Shown: positions 54,645 to 64,000, counted from the stretch's first letter. The stretch is DNA of 64,000 nucleotides from an uncultured Solirubrobacteraceae bacterium (GCA_963826995.1 CAWGYZ010000006.1:269917-333916); one strand, 5' to 3'. Notes: generated by a model from the letters alone, not told the origin. Translations and numbers: made by a program.

Positions 54645-56258
54645 ATGAGCACACAGGGGACCCTGACCGCCGATGAGCAACGCCTCGCAGAGCTTGGCTA
54701 CAAACAGGAGCTGAAACGCGGCTGGAGCGGTTTCTCGAACTTCGCCATCTCCTTCTCGATCATCTGCATCCTCGCCGGCTGCTTCACGACCTATGGTCAG
54801 GCGCTCAAGAACGGCGGCCCGATCGCGATCTCGATCGCCTGGCCGCTGATCTGCGGCCTGATCCTGCTGGTCGCCGTCTCGATGTCCGAGCTGGCCTCGG
54901 CCTATCCGACGGCCGGAGGCATCTACTACTGGGCGTTCAGGCTCGGCGGCGCCGGCTGGGGCTGGTTCACCGGCTGGTTCAACCTGATCGGCCTGGTCGC
55001 GGTGGTGGCCTCCGTGGTGTACGTCTCGGCCACCTTCCTGATGAACCTGCTCGGCCTGTACAACGTCAACTTCATCTTCAACTTCACCAAGGCCGCGGCT
55101 GCGACCAACGTTCACTACAGCGCCCATGTGAACTTCGCCCTGTTCGTGGTGATCCTGATCGTCGCCGGGCTGATCAACGTCTTTCGCAGCCACCTGGTTG
55201 CGGTTCTATACAACTTCTCGGTGTGGTGGAACGTCCTCGGCGTGGCCGTGATCGTGGTCATCCTGATCGCCGTGCCCTCCCACCACGCGAGCCTGTCCTA
55301 CGTGTTCGGCCACAAGGCCAACGAATCAGGCTTCTCGGGGGGCTCGATCTCAAGCGCCAAATTCTGGTTCTACATTCTTCCGCTCGGCTTCCTGCTGACG
55401 ATGTACACGATCACCGGCTACGACGCCTCCGCGCATGTCTCCGAGGAGACGCACGGCGCCGAAGACTCGGCGCCGAAGGGCCTGTGGCGTTCGGTCTTCT
55501 ACTCGGCGATCGTGGGCTGGATCGTGCTGCTGGCGATCACCTTCGCGATCCAGAAGAGCCACGAAGCCGAAATCTACAAAGCGGGCTTCCCCGCCCTGAC
55601 GATCTTCACCACCGCACTCAGCTCCTCCGCGGCCAAGGCCGTGATCCTGATCTCAACGGTCGGGCAGCTGTTCTGTGGCATGGCCTGCATCACGAGCGCC
55701 TCGCGGATGACGTTCGCGTTCTCACGCGACGGAGCCGTCCCCGGGCACAACCTGTGGCGCAGGCTCGGTCAGAACCGGACGCCGACCTGGGCCGTCTTCT
55801 TCGTCTGCGTGTTCGCCCTCATCATCACGATTCCGGCGTACTTCCCCAACCACCTGGGCACGCCGGTGGCGTTCCTCGCGGTCACCTCGATCTCGGTGAT
55901 CGGCCTGTACATCGCCTACACGATTCCGGTGTTCCTGCGCTGGCGCATGGGTGAGAAGTTCGAGGCCGGCAGCTGGACCCTGGGCAAAAAATACAAATGG
56001 ATCAATCCGATCGCCTTCGTGTGGGTGGCGATCTGCGTCGTGATCTTCTCGCTCCCGTTCTCGCCCGAAGGGGTCCCCTGGGAAAGCGCGTTCAACTGGT
56101 CGGCGGTCAACTACGCACCGCTGATCACGATCGCGGTCATTCTCGGGGTCACCATCTGGTACGCGGTGTCGGCTAAAAACACGTTCAAGGGCCCGGTCCG
56201 CACGATCGACGAGCTCGATGTGGAACAGGCGCTGCCGGCCATCGCCGAGTCCCCATAG
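54645..56258 (+). CDS. APC-superfamily amino acid/amine permease
   Basis: 537 aa with 12 or more TM segments. The N-terminal block GYKQELKRGWSGFSNFAISFSIICILAG and ...SELASAYPTAGGIYYW are typical of APC permeases. Confidence 0.85.
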   Translation: MSTQGTLTADEQRLAELGYKQELKRGWSGFSNFAISFSIICILAGCFTTYGQALKNGGPIAISIAWPLICGLILLVAVSMSELASAYPTAGGIYYWAFRLGGAGWGWFTGWFNLIGLVAVVASVVYVSATFLMNLLGLYNVNFIFNFTKAAAATNVHYSAHVNFALFVVILIVAGLINVFRSHLVAVLYNFSVWWNVLGVAVIVVILIAVPSHHASLSYVFGHKANESGFSGGSISSAKFWFYILPLGFLLTMYTITGYDASAHVSEETHGAEDSAPKGLWRSVFYSAIVGWIVLLAITFAIQKSHEAEIYKAGFPALTIFTTALSSSAAKAVILISTVGQLFCGMACITSASRMTFAFSRDGAVPGHNLWRRLGQNRTPTWAVFFVCVFALIITIPAYFPNHLGTPVAFLAVTSISVIGLYIAYTIPVFLRWRMGEKFEAGSWTLGKKYKWINPIAFVWVAICVVIFSLPFSPEGVPWESAFNWSAVNYAPLITIAVILGVTIWYAVSAKNTFKGPVRTIDELDVEQALPAIAESP

Positions 56259-56363
56259 AAGGCCACAGGTGACCGTGCGTGCCTGGGCCCCGAGCCCAGC
56301 CAACCACGGACGGGCTGAGCGCTGAGCGAGCAACTGTCAGTTCTCGAGCCCGCCACCGAGCAG

Positions 56364-57689
56364 GTGCTCGCGGAGGTCGCGCGCGCGGGTCCGGCTGAGA
56401 TCGACGAGGCCGTCGCCCGTGCCAAGGCCGCGCTACCGGCCTGGCGCTCGCTCTCCCCCGCGGCGCGCGCGGGCGCCCTGCATGCGCTGGCCGACACGCT
56501 CGCCGAGCACCACGAGGAGCTGTCCGTGCTCGAGGCTCGCAACGCCGGCAAGGCGATCGCCGACGCGCGCGGCGAGATGGCGATGGTGGTGGACACCTTT
56601 CGCTACTACGCCGGCGCGCCGGAGCGGCTGCTCGGCGACACCATCCCGGTGGCCGGCGGCCAGGCCTTCACCGTGCGCGAGCCGGTCGGCGTGGTGGGTC
56701 TGATCACGCCCTGGAACTTTCCCCTGACGATCGCCTCCTGGAAGCTCGGGCCGGCGCTCGCGGCCGGCAACACGGTCGTGCTGAAGCCGGCGGAGCTGAC
56801 GCCGCTCACCGCCCTGCGCTTCTCCGAGCTCGCGCTGTCGGCGGGCCTGCCGGAGGGGGTCGTCAACGTCGTGGTCGGCCCCGGGCGCACATGCGGGCAG
56901 CGCCTGGTCGAGCACCCCGATGTGGCCAAGATCGCCTTCACCGGCTCGACCGAGGTCGGGCGCACGATCGCGGCCGGCGCCGCGGAGGGCATCAAGCGGG
57001 TCACGCTCGAGCTGGGCGGCAAGTCGGCCAACGTGATCTTCGCCGACGCCGATCTCGAGACGGCCGCGGCGGCGGCTCCGCTCGCTGTGTTCGGCAACGC
57101 CGGCCAGGATTGCTGTGCCCGCTCGCGCATCCTCGTGCAGGAGGATGCCCTGGACCGCTTCCTGGAGCTGCTCGAGCCCGCTGTCAAGGGCCTGCGTGTC
57201 GGCGACCCGCTCGACGAGGAGACCCAGATGGGCCCGCTGATCTCGGCCTCCCAGCGCGAGACCGTTGCCTCGTTCCTGGACGGTGAGGCTCCGATCGCCT
57301 TCCGCGGGAACGTCCCCGAGGGGGCCGGCTTCTGGTTTCCCCCCACGGTCCTGTCGCCGGTCAAGCCGGGGGATCGCGTCGCGCAGGAGGAGGTGTTCGG
57401 GCCGATCGCCGCCGTGATCGGCTTTCGCGACGAGGCCGAGGCGATCCGGCTGGCCAACGACACGATCTACGGCCTGTCCGGATCGATCTGGACCCGCGAC
57501 GGCGCGCGTGCGCTGCGAGTCGCCCGGGCGATCGAGACGGGGGTGATCTCGATCAACGCCAACACCTCGGTGCGGGTGACGACGCCGTTCGGGGGCTTCA
57601 AGCAGTCCGGCTACGGCCGCGAGCTGGGGCCGCACGCCCTGGAGGCCTACACCGAGGTCAAGACAATCTTCTACGCCACGGAGGGGTGA
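56364..57689 (+). CDS. NAD(P)-dependent aldehyde dehydrogenase (N-terminus problematic)
   Basis: ELGGKS, the catalytic Cys region (GNAGQDCCARSR), EEVFGPI and PFGGFKQSGYGRE are all present. The only canonical start in frame is GTG at 56364, which would remove the usual N-terminal strand; see findings. Confidence 0.85.
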   Translation: MLAEVARAGPAEIDEAVARAKAALPAWRSLSPAARAGALHALADTLAEHHEELSVLEARNAGKAIADARGEMAMVVDTFRYYAGAPERLLGDTIPVAGGQAFTVREPVGVVGLITPWNFPLTIASWKLGPALAAGNTVVLKPAELTPLTALRFSELALSAGLPEGVVNVVVGPGRTCGQRLVEHPDVAKIAFTGSTEVGRTIAAGAAEGIKRVTLELGGKSANVIFADADLETAAAAAPLAVFGNAGQDCCARSRILVQEDALDRFLELLEPAVKGLRVGDPLDEETQMGPLISASQRETVASFLDGEAPIAFRGNVPEGAGFWFPPTVLSPVKPGDRVAQEEVFGPIAAVIGFRDEAEAIRLANDTIYGLSGSIWTRDGARALRVARAIETGVISINANTSVRVTTPFGGFKQSGYGRELGPHALEAYTEVKTIFYATEG

Positions 57690-58441
57690 TGAGTTCAACC
57701 GGCAGACTCGAAGGACGGGTGTGCGTCGTGACCGGTGCGAGCGGGGGAATAGGCGCCGCGACGATCGAGTGCTTCCAGCGCGAGGGCGCGCGGGTGGTGG
57801 GCGCCGACCTCGCGGCGGGGGCTCCCGGCGATCTGTCGCTGCAGGTCGACGTGACCGACGAGCGGCAGGTCTCGGAGATGTACGCTCGGGTCGGCTCTGA
57901 GCTCGGGCGCATCGACGTGCTGTTCAACAACGCCGGCATCTCCCCCACCGACGACGCCTCGGTGCTGGACACGACGCTGGCCGCCTGGGAGCGCGTGCAG
58001 GACGTGAACCTGCGCGGCGTGTTCCTGTGTTGCAAGCACGGAATTCCGCACCTGCTGGAGGCGGGCGGCGGATCGGTCATCAACACGGCCTCCTTCGTCG
58101 CCGTGATGGGGGCCGCGACCTCGCAGATCTCCTACACGGCGTCGAAGGGAGGGGTGCTCGCGCTGTCGCGCGAGCTGGGCGTCGAGTTCGCTCGCCGCGG
58201 CGTGCGCGTCAACGCGCTGTGCCCCGGCCCGGTCGACACCCCACTGCTGCAGGAGCTGTATGCCTCGAACCCCGACCAGGCCGCCCGGCGGCTCGTGCAC
58301 GTGCCGATGGGGCGTTTCGCGCGGGCCGAGGAGATCGCCCACGGAGCCCTGTTCCTGGCCTCAGAGGAGTCGAGCTTCGTGACGGCCTCGACGTTCCTGG
58401 TGGATGGCGGCCTGAGCGGCGCCTACACGACGCCGGCCTGA
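57686..58441 (+). CDS. SDR family oxidoreductase
   Basis: 251 aa. VCVVTGASGGIGAAT, NNAG, and YTASKGGVLALSR (Y-x3-K). It overlaps the ALDH stop by 4 bp. Confidence 0.85.
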   Translation: MMSSTGRLEGRVCVVTGASGGIGAATIECFQREGARVVGADLAAGAPGDLSLQVDVTDERQVSEMYARVGSELGRIDVLFNNAGISPTDDASVLDTTLAAWERVQDVNLRGVFLCCKHGIPHLLEAGGGSVINTASFVAVMGAATSQISYTASKGGVLALSRELGVEFARRGVRVNALCPGPVDTPLLQELYASNPDQAARRLVHVPMGRFARAEEIAHGALFLASEESSFVTASTFLVDGGLSGAYTTPA

Positions 58442-58456
58442 GGCTGGGCGAGGGGC

Positions 58457-59737
58457 GTGAGCGAGTCCGTACCGGGGCAGTCAGCGGCCGAGGCGCCGGC
58501 GGGCGAGCTGATCGCGGCGGTCGATCTGAAGGCCGCGAGGCGCTCGATCTCAGGCGTCGCGGTGCGCACGCCGGTGATCGCCTCCGATGAGCTCGCCGAG
58601 ATCGCCGGCGCGCCGGTCGCGCTGAAGGCGGAGTGCCTGCAGGGGACCGGCTCCTTCAAGCTGCGCGGCGCGCTGCACAAGGTGGCCACGCTCGGCGAGC
58701 GCGCGGGCGCCGGGCTCGTCGCCGCGAGCGCCGGCAACCATGGGCGTGCCGTCGCCCAGGCGGCTCGCGTCGCGGGCGTGGGCTGCGAGGTGTTCATGCC
58801 GCGCGACGCCGCCGTCTCCAAGGTCGCGGCGGTGGAGCGGCTGGGAGCCACGGTGCGCGTGGGGGGCGCATCGGTCGAGGAGGCCCTCGCGCTCGCCGCT
58901 GAGCGCGGCACCGAGACGGGTGCGGCGTTCGTGCACCCCTTCGACGACCTGGACGTGATCGCCGGCCAGGGCACGCTGGGGCTCGAGCTGGTCGAGGACA
59001 TAGGAACCCTCGCGCGAGTGCTGGTCCCCGTCGGCGGCGGCGGCCTGGCGAGCGGCATCGGGATCGCGCTGCGCCACGCGCGCCCGGACGTGGAGCTCGT
59101 GGGTGTGCAGGCCAGAGCCTGTGCGCCCTACGTGGAGGCCCTGCGGGGCCGCGGATCGACCGTCGGGGTGAGCGCCGCCGCGGAGGTCACGGTGGCCCCC
59201 GGCGCCACGATCGCCGACGGCATCGCGATCACGCGGCCCGGAACGCTGACGCTGCCGCTGGTGCGCGAGCTGCTCGATGGCCTGGAGACGGTCACCGAGG
59301 ATGAGATCGCCGACGCGATGGTGTTCCTGGCCGATCGCGCGAAGCTCGTCGCCGAGGGCGCCGGGGCGGTGGCGGTGGCGGCTCTGCTCGGCGGTCGCCT
59401 GGCGCCGGTGTCGGGGACCACGGTGGCGATCGTCTCGGGCGGCAACGTCGACAGCGGGCTGCTCGCCGGCCTGCTGCGCCGCCGTGAAACCGAGGAGGGA
59501 CGCCGCGTGCGCATCTTCACACGGGTGCCCGATCGCCCGGGGGGCCTGGCCGAGCTGCTCAACCTCGTGGCCGGGGCCCGCGCCAACCTGCTGAGCCTCG
59601 AGCACGTGCGCGAGGCCGTGGCCCTGCACGTGCATGAGACGGGCGTGGCGCTGACGCTTCAGACGCGCGGGCCGGGACACACCGAGGAGATGCTCGCGAC
59701 GCTCAGGGATGCGGGCTATGAGGTGACCCTCGAGTAG
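58457..59737 (+). CDS. threonine ammonia-lyase (PLP-dependent, with C-terminal ACT-like domain)
   Basis: 426 aa. The PLP-lysine motif GSFKLRGA, a GGGGL loop, and a C-terminal regulatory-like segment RVRIFTRVPDRPGGLAELLNLV. Confidence 0.8.
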   Translation: MSESVPGQSAAEAPAGELIAAVDLKAARRSISGVAVRTPVIASDELAEIAGAPVALKAECLQGTGSFKLRGALHKVATLGERAGAGLVAASAGNHGRAVAQAARVAGVGCEVFMPRDAAVSKVAAVERLGATVRVGGASVEEALALAAERGTETGAAFVHPFDDLDVIAGQGTLGLELVEDIGTLARVLVPVGGGGLASGIGIALRHARPDVELVGVQARACAPYVEALRGRGSTVGVSAAAEVTVAPGATIADGIAITRPGTLTLPLVRELLDGLETVTEDEIADAMVFLADRAKLVAEGAGAVAVAALLGGRLAPVSGTTVAIVSGGNVDSGLLAGLLRRRETEEGRRVRIFTRVPDRPGGLAELLNLVAGARANLLSLEHVREAVALHVHETGVALTLQTRGPGHTEEMLATLRDAGYEVTLE

Positions 59738-59742
59738 GAGCG

Positions 59743-61224
59743 CTACAGGCGCGCGGCGGCCTGCACGAACTCGAGCCAGCGCGCTCGGGCCAGGGTGCGC
59801 TCGCCCGGATTCGAGCTCGGCTCGACGACGCGCCCCTCGGGCAGGCGCCGGGCGGCCTCCTCCACGCTGGCGAACACCCCGGCGCCCACGCCGGCGAGCA
59901 TCGCCGCTCCCAGCACCGTCACATCGGCCCGCCCCACGCTGATCGGGATGCCGAGCGCCTCAGCCTGGATCTCAAGGAGGGTCGGATCGTTCGTGAGGCC
60001 CCCGTCCACCCGCAGACCGCGCACGGGGCCGACCTCGGCCATGGCCTCGACGATGTCGGCGACGCGCCAGGCGATCGCCTCGAGCGCCGCCCGCGCGAGG
60101 TGTTGCGGGCCGACCGCCGGGTGAAGTCCCGCGATCACGCCGTGGGCCGCCGGCTGCCACCAAGGGGCCCCGAGGCCTGCCAGCGCCGGCAGCACGATCA
60201 CGCCGGCGCTGTCTGGGACCTCGGCTGCGCCCGCGGCCAGCGAGGCCGTGTCTGCCGCCAGGCCGAGACCGCCGGCGAGCCAGTCGAGCAGCGATCCGGC
60301 CGCGAACACGCCGCCGTCCAGAGCGTGGGCCACCTCACCGACGCCTCCGGCCGCGTCCGCCGAGGCCCACGCGACCGTCGGCAGCAGCCCCGCGGCGAGC
60401 ACTGGCCCCTCCGTGCGCCCCAGCACGAACACTCCCGTGCCGTAGGACGCCTTCAGATCTCCCGGCTGCACCGCACCCGAGCCCGCCAGCGCCGCCTGCT
60501 GATCGACCAGCTGGGCCCTCAGCGGGATCGCCACCGGCCAGCGCCCGTGCGTGAGCTCACCGAGCGAGCCGAATGTCGGGCCGACGGCGGGAAGCCACCG
60601 GCGGTCGAGGCCGAACAGCGCCATCAGCTCCGCATCCCAGTCGCGGCCGCCCACCGCGAGCAGCTGGGTTCGCGACGCCGTCGAGAGGTCCGTGGCGAAG
60701 CGGGCGCCGAGGCGGTCGGTGATGAATGCGTCGACGGTGCCCAGGCGCAGCGACCCCGCATCCCGCGCTCGGCGCACCGCCTCGTCGTGTGCCAGAAGCC
60801 AGGCCAGCTTGCCGGCCGAGAAGTATGGGTCGAGCGGCAATCCGGAGCGCTCGACGGCTCCTGCGGTGCCCGCGGCGGCGGAGGAGATCTCGGCCAGCAG
60901 GCGCTCCTGGCGCTTGTCCTGCCACACGATGACGGGCGTCAGCGCACGACCGCTGTGAGCGTCCCAGCCGAGAATGGACTCGCCCTGATGATCAAGGCCG
61001 GCGGCGATCACCTCGCGACCGCCGCTCGAGCGGAGCACCTCCGCGACCGCGTCCACCACGGCCGCGAGGATCAGCTCTGGATCCTGCTCCACCCAGCCCG
61101 GTCGCGGATGGGTGACCGGCACGGGCCTTCGCGCCTCGGCCACCACCTCAAGGTCGCAGTCGAACAGTGCCGCCTTCACGGCCGTGGTTCCCTCGTCGAT
61201 GCCCAGCAAAAGGCCCGAGCTCAT
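59743..61224 (-). CDS. FGGY-family carbohydrate kinase (glycerol/xylulose-kinase-like)
   Basis: ATG at 61224 (MSSGLLLGIDEGTTAVKAALFD) overlaps the stop of the upstream gene (ATGA). The C-terminal motif is VDGGLTN. Confidence 0.8.
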   Translation of the reverse strand: MSSGLLLGIDEGTTAVKAALFDCDLEVVAEARRPVPVTHPRPGWVEQDPELILAAVVDAVAEVLRSSGGREVIAAGLDHQGESILGWDAHSGRALTPVIVWQDKRQERLLAEISSAAAGTAGAVERSGLPLDPYFSAGKLAWLLAHDEAVRRARDAGSLRLGTVDAFITDRLGARFATDLSTASRTQLLAVGGRDWDAELMALFGLDRRWLPAVGPTFGSLGELTHGRWPVAIPLRAQLVDQQAALAGSGAVQPGDLKASYGTGVFVLGRTEGPVLAAGLLPTVAWASADAAGGVGEVAHALDGGVFAAGSLLDWLAGGLGLAADTASLAAGAAEVPDSAGVIVLPALAGLGAPWWQPAAHGVIAGLHPAVGPQHLARAALEAIAWRVADIVEAMAEVGPVRGLRVDGGLTNDPTLLEIQAEALGIPISVGRADVTVLGAAMLAGVGAGVFASVEEAARRLPEGRVVEPSSNPGERTLARARWLEFVQAAARL

Positions 61225-62390
61225 CGCTGCTGCCCCGGCGCTCGCGCGGTCCCGTGGTAGCGCGCGGTGCGCTCCCACCACGGATGCGCCGGCGGCCTCG
61301 CCGGCGGCGTGGTCAGAGCCCGGGGCGGGTCCAGTTCCACCAGGCCCTGGGCCGCCAGCAGGCTGACCGCGTACTCCCCTATCCCGAGCGATGCCGACAG
61401 CCCCGTCGAGCGGATCGCGGCCACGTGGAGCAGCGCGGGCAGCGACCCGGACATGCTGATCACGTAGTTCGACCCGCGCCCGGCGGGGCGCAGGCCGGCG
61501 TAGGCGCCGATCCGGGTGGCCGCACCCAACGACGGGTACATACGTTCCGCCGGCGGGAGGATCAGCTCGGGCGCATCGGGCTCCACCGACCAGTCGAGCT
61601 TGTCCTCGCGCTCGCGTGCCGTCGGCCCGGCGATGATCTCACGGTCGGTCGTGGGGAACACCAGCACGCCCTTGCCGAGCGTCGAGGGCACGGGCAGCAG
61701 GATCTGCTCGAGCTCCGCTCCCGGCGGCGGGCGGAACACCAGGAACTCGCCCTTGCGGGGATACACCGTCAGGAGATCGTCGTTCGCCAGGCGCGCGAGG
61801 TCATCCGCGAACAGCCCGGCGCAGTTGACGGCGGCGCTCACGCCCACCGTCTCGCCGCTCTGCAGCTCGATCTCAAGACCTCCGCCCCGGCGCCCGTGGA
61901 GTCCGCTCACGCGGGCGCCGAGCCTCACCACCGCGCCACCGGCCTGCGCGGCCCCCGCCAGCGCGTGGACGAAGGCGGCGGGATCGGTGACCGCCTCTCC
62001 GGGCACCGTCAGCGAGCCGTCCGGCTGCAGGTGCGCCTCGACGCCGTTCGCCCGCGCATTCTCCGCCAGCCGCGCGACCGCGGCCTGTTCCTCGCCGGAG
62101 CCTGCCGGCTGAAGGCGCGCCCCGCAGCGCCAGACGGCCACGCCCAGCTCGCCGAGCAGCTCCTCGCGCAGCGCGGCCGAGCGCAGGATCAGCTGCGTCT
62201 CGAGCTCTCCCGGCCGCGAGTCAAAGCCGGTGTGCAGGATTCCCGAGTTTGCGCCGCTCGCGCCCAGGGCCAGGCCCGGCTCGGCCTCGAGCACCACCGC
62301 CCCAACGCCGCGGCGGGCCAGCGCGTGGGCGACCGCGCACCCGACCACGCCGCCCCCGATGACCGCCACCGGCTCCTGGCCACCGCCCAT
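61221..62390 (-). CDS. FAD-dependent oxidoreductase (DAO family; glycerol-3-phosphate / 2-hydroxyglutarate oxidase-like)
   Basis: 389 aa. VAVIGGGVVGCAVAHALARRG dinucleotide-binding motif. Operonic with the FGGY kinase. Confidence 0.8.
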   Translation of the reverse strand: MGGGQEPVAVIGGGVVGCAVAHALARRGVGAVVLEAEPGLALGASGANSGILHTGFDSRPGELETQLILRSAALREELLGELGVAVWRCGARLQPAGSGEEQAAVARLAENARANGVEAHLQPDGSLTVPGEAVTDPAAFVHALAGAAQAGGAVVRLGARVSGLHGRRGGGLEIELQSGETVGVSAAVNCAGLFADDLARLANDDLLTVYPRKGEFLVFRPPPGAELEQILLPVPSTLGKGVLVFPTTDREIIAGPTAREREDKLDWSVEPDAPELILPPAERMYPSLGAATRIGAYAGLRPAGRGSNYVISMSGSLPALLHVAAIRSTGLSASLGIGEYAVSLLAAQGLVELDPPRALTTPPARPPAHPWWERTARYHGTARAPGQQR

Positions 62391-62776
62391 GGCCGCTCGC
62401 TCAGGGCCCCGGCGAACGCGTGTTTGCGGTTTTCACCGCCGCGACGCTATCAGCGACGTTGAGGCTCGAGCCGCCGGCGCACCGTCCTGAACGCCGATTA
62501 GAGTGCCTCACGGACATTCCAGATGTCGGGCCGGTTCCCGTGTCAAGGACAGCGTCTCCCACACCCAGCAGCCCATTCCCCCTGCACCCGCGCGGGTTGC
62601 GCGGGGCGGCGAAGTGTGATTTGCTCCCCATGCCGTTCAGGTGGAGAGGCGCTGGGCGCTGCCCGTCGTCCCGCTGCAAAGGGGGTCTCGGCCCCATCTA
62701 CCCCGCAGCTGAGGAGGGGTGTGGAACCCGTCGATAAGAGGCGCGCGCAGACACGTTTCCCCGCTGGAGACCGGTG

Positions 62777-64000
62777 ATGGCGCCGGCCTCGGCCAGGACG
62801 CGGGCGGCTTCCGGCGACGGTGCCGCGTCGCTGGACGGCATCCGTGCCGCCCTCGCCGAACGCCTGCAGGCGCGGCGCTCCGAGCTCGAGGAGGCGGTCA
62901 TCGCCCGCTTTCGCGATGTCGGCTTCGATCCGGCGGCCGGCGAGGACTTCGAGTACATAGCCGGTGCCCGCGCCGCGGTCGCCGAGGCGGTCGACTACGG
63001 CCTCGTGGCGATCGAACAGGGCGAGGAGTGGTTTGTCTCGGGCCCGCCGCCGATCCCACCGGCGGCGGTCGCCCAGGCGCGCCGGGCCGCGGCCCACGGT
63101 GTGAGCCTGGAGAGGGTGTTGCTGCGCTACAACGCCGGCCACACGCTGCTCGAGGACTTCGTCATGCAGGAGGCCGAGCACAGCGACTTCTCGAGCAATC
63201 GGATCGCGCTGCGCCACGTTCTGCGGGCGCTGGGGGGGCTGCTCGACCACTTCACCTCGTCGATAGCCAGCGAGTACCAGGACGAGGCCCAGCGAATGGC
63301 CCACTCGCCCGAGCTGCGCCGCAACGAGCGCGTTCAGCGGCTCCTGGCAGGCGCGCCCGTGGACGCCGCCGAGATCGACTACGAGTTCGAGGCCGAGCAC
63401 CTCGGCCTGATCGCGATGGGCGCCCGGGCGAGCGAGACCGTCAGGAGCCTGGCCGCGGGACTCGGCTGCGAGCTGCTGTCGGTGTCGCGCAGCTCCGAGA
63501 CGGTGTGGGCGTGGCTCGGCAGCCAGCGCAAGATCGCGTTCGCGGACGTCGAGCGTCTGCTGTCGGGCGCGAAGGACGCCGAGGGGGTGTCGCTCGCGAT
63601 CGGCGGGCCCGGGCGCGGGATCGACGGTTGGCGCCTGACCCATCGCCAGGCTCAGGCCGCGATGCTGGTCGCGCTGCGCAGGCCACAGCGACTGACCCGC
63701 TATGCCGACGTCGCCCTGCTGGCAACGGCCCTTCGCGACGAGACGCTGGCCCAGTCGCTGCAGGAGATCTACCTCTCGCCCCTCGGCGGCGAGAAGGACG
63801 GCGCCGTCTCGCGCAAGACCCTGCGCGCCTACTTCGCCGCGGGGCGCAACGCGGCCACGGCGGCCGCCGCGCTGAAGGTCGATCGCCACACCGTCGAACG
63901 GCGACTGAACTCGATAGAGACGCGGCTCGGCCGCCAGCTCCACACATGTCACGCCGAGCTGGAAGTGGCGCTGCGGCTGGAGGAACTCGGCGATACCGCT
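62777..64000 (+). CDS. PucR/CdaR-family transcriptional regulator (3' end beyond window)
   Basis: Own translation from the ATG at 62777 stays open to the window end (408 codons). It ends …LRAYFAAGRNAATAAAALKVDRHTVERRLNSIETRLGRQL, the PucR C-terminal HTH. It is not in the ORF track because it is edge-truncated, and the antisense ORF 62543-63952 was rejected. Confidence 0.7.
   Translation, partial: MAPASARTRAASGDGAASLDGIRAALAERLQARRSELEEAVIARFRDVGFDPAAGEDFEYIAGARAAVAEAVDYGLVAIEQGEEWFVSGPPPIPPAAVAQARRAAAHGVSLERVLLRYNAGHTLLEDFVMQEAEHSDFSSNRIALRHVLRALGGLLDHFTSSIASEYQDEAQRMAHSPELRRNERVQRLLAGAPVDAAEIDYEFEAEHLGLIAMGARASETVRSLAAGLGCELLSVSRSSETVWAWLGSQRKIAFADVERLLSGAKDAEGVSLAIGGPGRGIDGWRLTHRQAQAAMLVALRRPQRLTRYADVALLATALRDETLAQSLQEIYLSPLGGEKDGAVSRKTLRAYFAAGRNAATAAAALKVDRHTVERRLNSIETRLGRQLHTCHAELEVALRLEELGDTA

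Noticed and set aside
62543-63952. 469-aa minus-strand ORF
   Set aside because: It is antisense to the PucR-family gene, whose + strand translation ends in a clear PucR HTH.

Overview
This is a 64-kb window from a very GC-rich (by eye about 70%), Actinomycetota-like chromosome; I cannot verify the taxon without a search. The region from about 21.8 to 64 kb is ordinary core genome. It carries tRNA-Pro/Gly/Ala, a PQQ-type propeller, an OmpR/HK two-component pair, a fructosamine-kinase/LMW-PTP pair, lepA, murJ, rpsT, holA, leuS, and a DJ-1/GlxA pair. It also carries a GntR-ABC module, xthA, an ECF sigma/DUF4349 pair, a gamma-glutamylation-type amine catabolic cluster, and an FGGY kinase/FAD oxidase pair with a PucR regulator. 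The left third is accessory and scarred, in two ways. (1) At 5.6-12.3 kb, three secreted repeat or odd proteins lie among IS debris. These are a His/Cys-rich protein, a 7-blade FG-GAP propeller, and a glycine-rich protein with a collagen-like G-X-Y tract. The debris is an IS1182-type transposase tail, a solo 3' end of an IS110-like element, and one intact IS110-family element. That IS110 element has long non-coding flanks and is my best candidate for an undescribed or guide-RNA-type feature. (2) At 13.3-21.65 kb there is an 8.2-kb island bounded by an intact tRNA-Pro and a 44-bp copy of its 3' half. It has no integrase. It carries an HTH-MNT/HEPN pair, an XRE-fused pseudo-nucleotidyltransferase plus a frameshifted nucleotidyltransferase, a 464-aa orphan, and a helicase-like gene with three lesions, one of them an intact IS21 (6-bp TSD). 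No CRISPR array and no rRNA were seen. Many long ORFs in the track are antisense or off-frame GC artefacts and were rejected. All family names come from motif recognition by eye, and no database was consulted.
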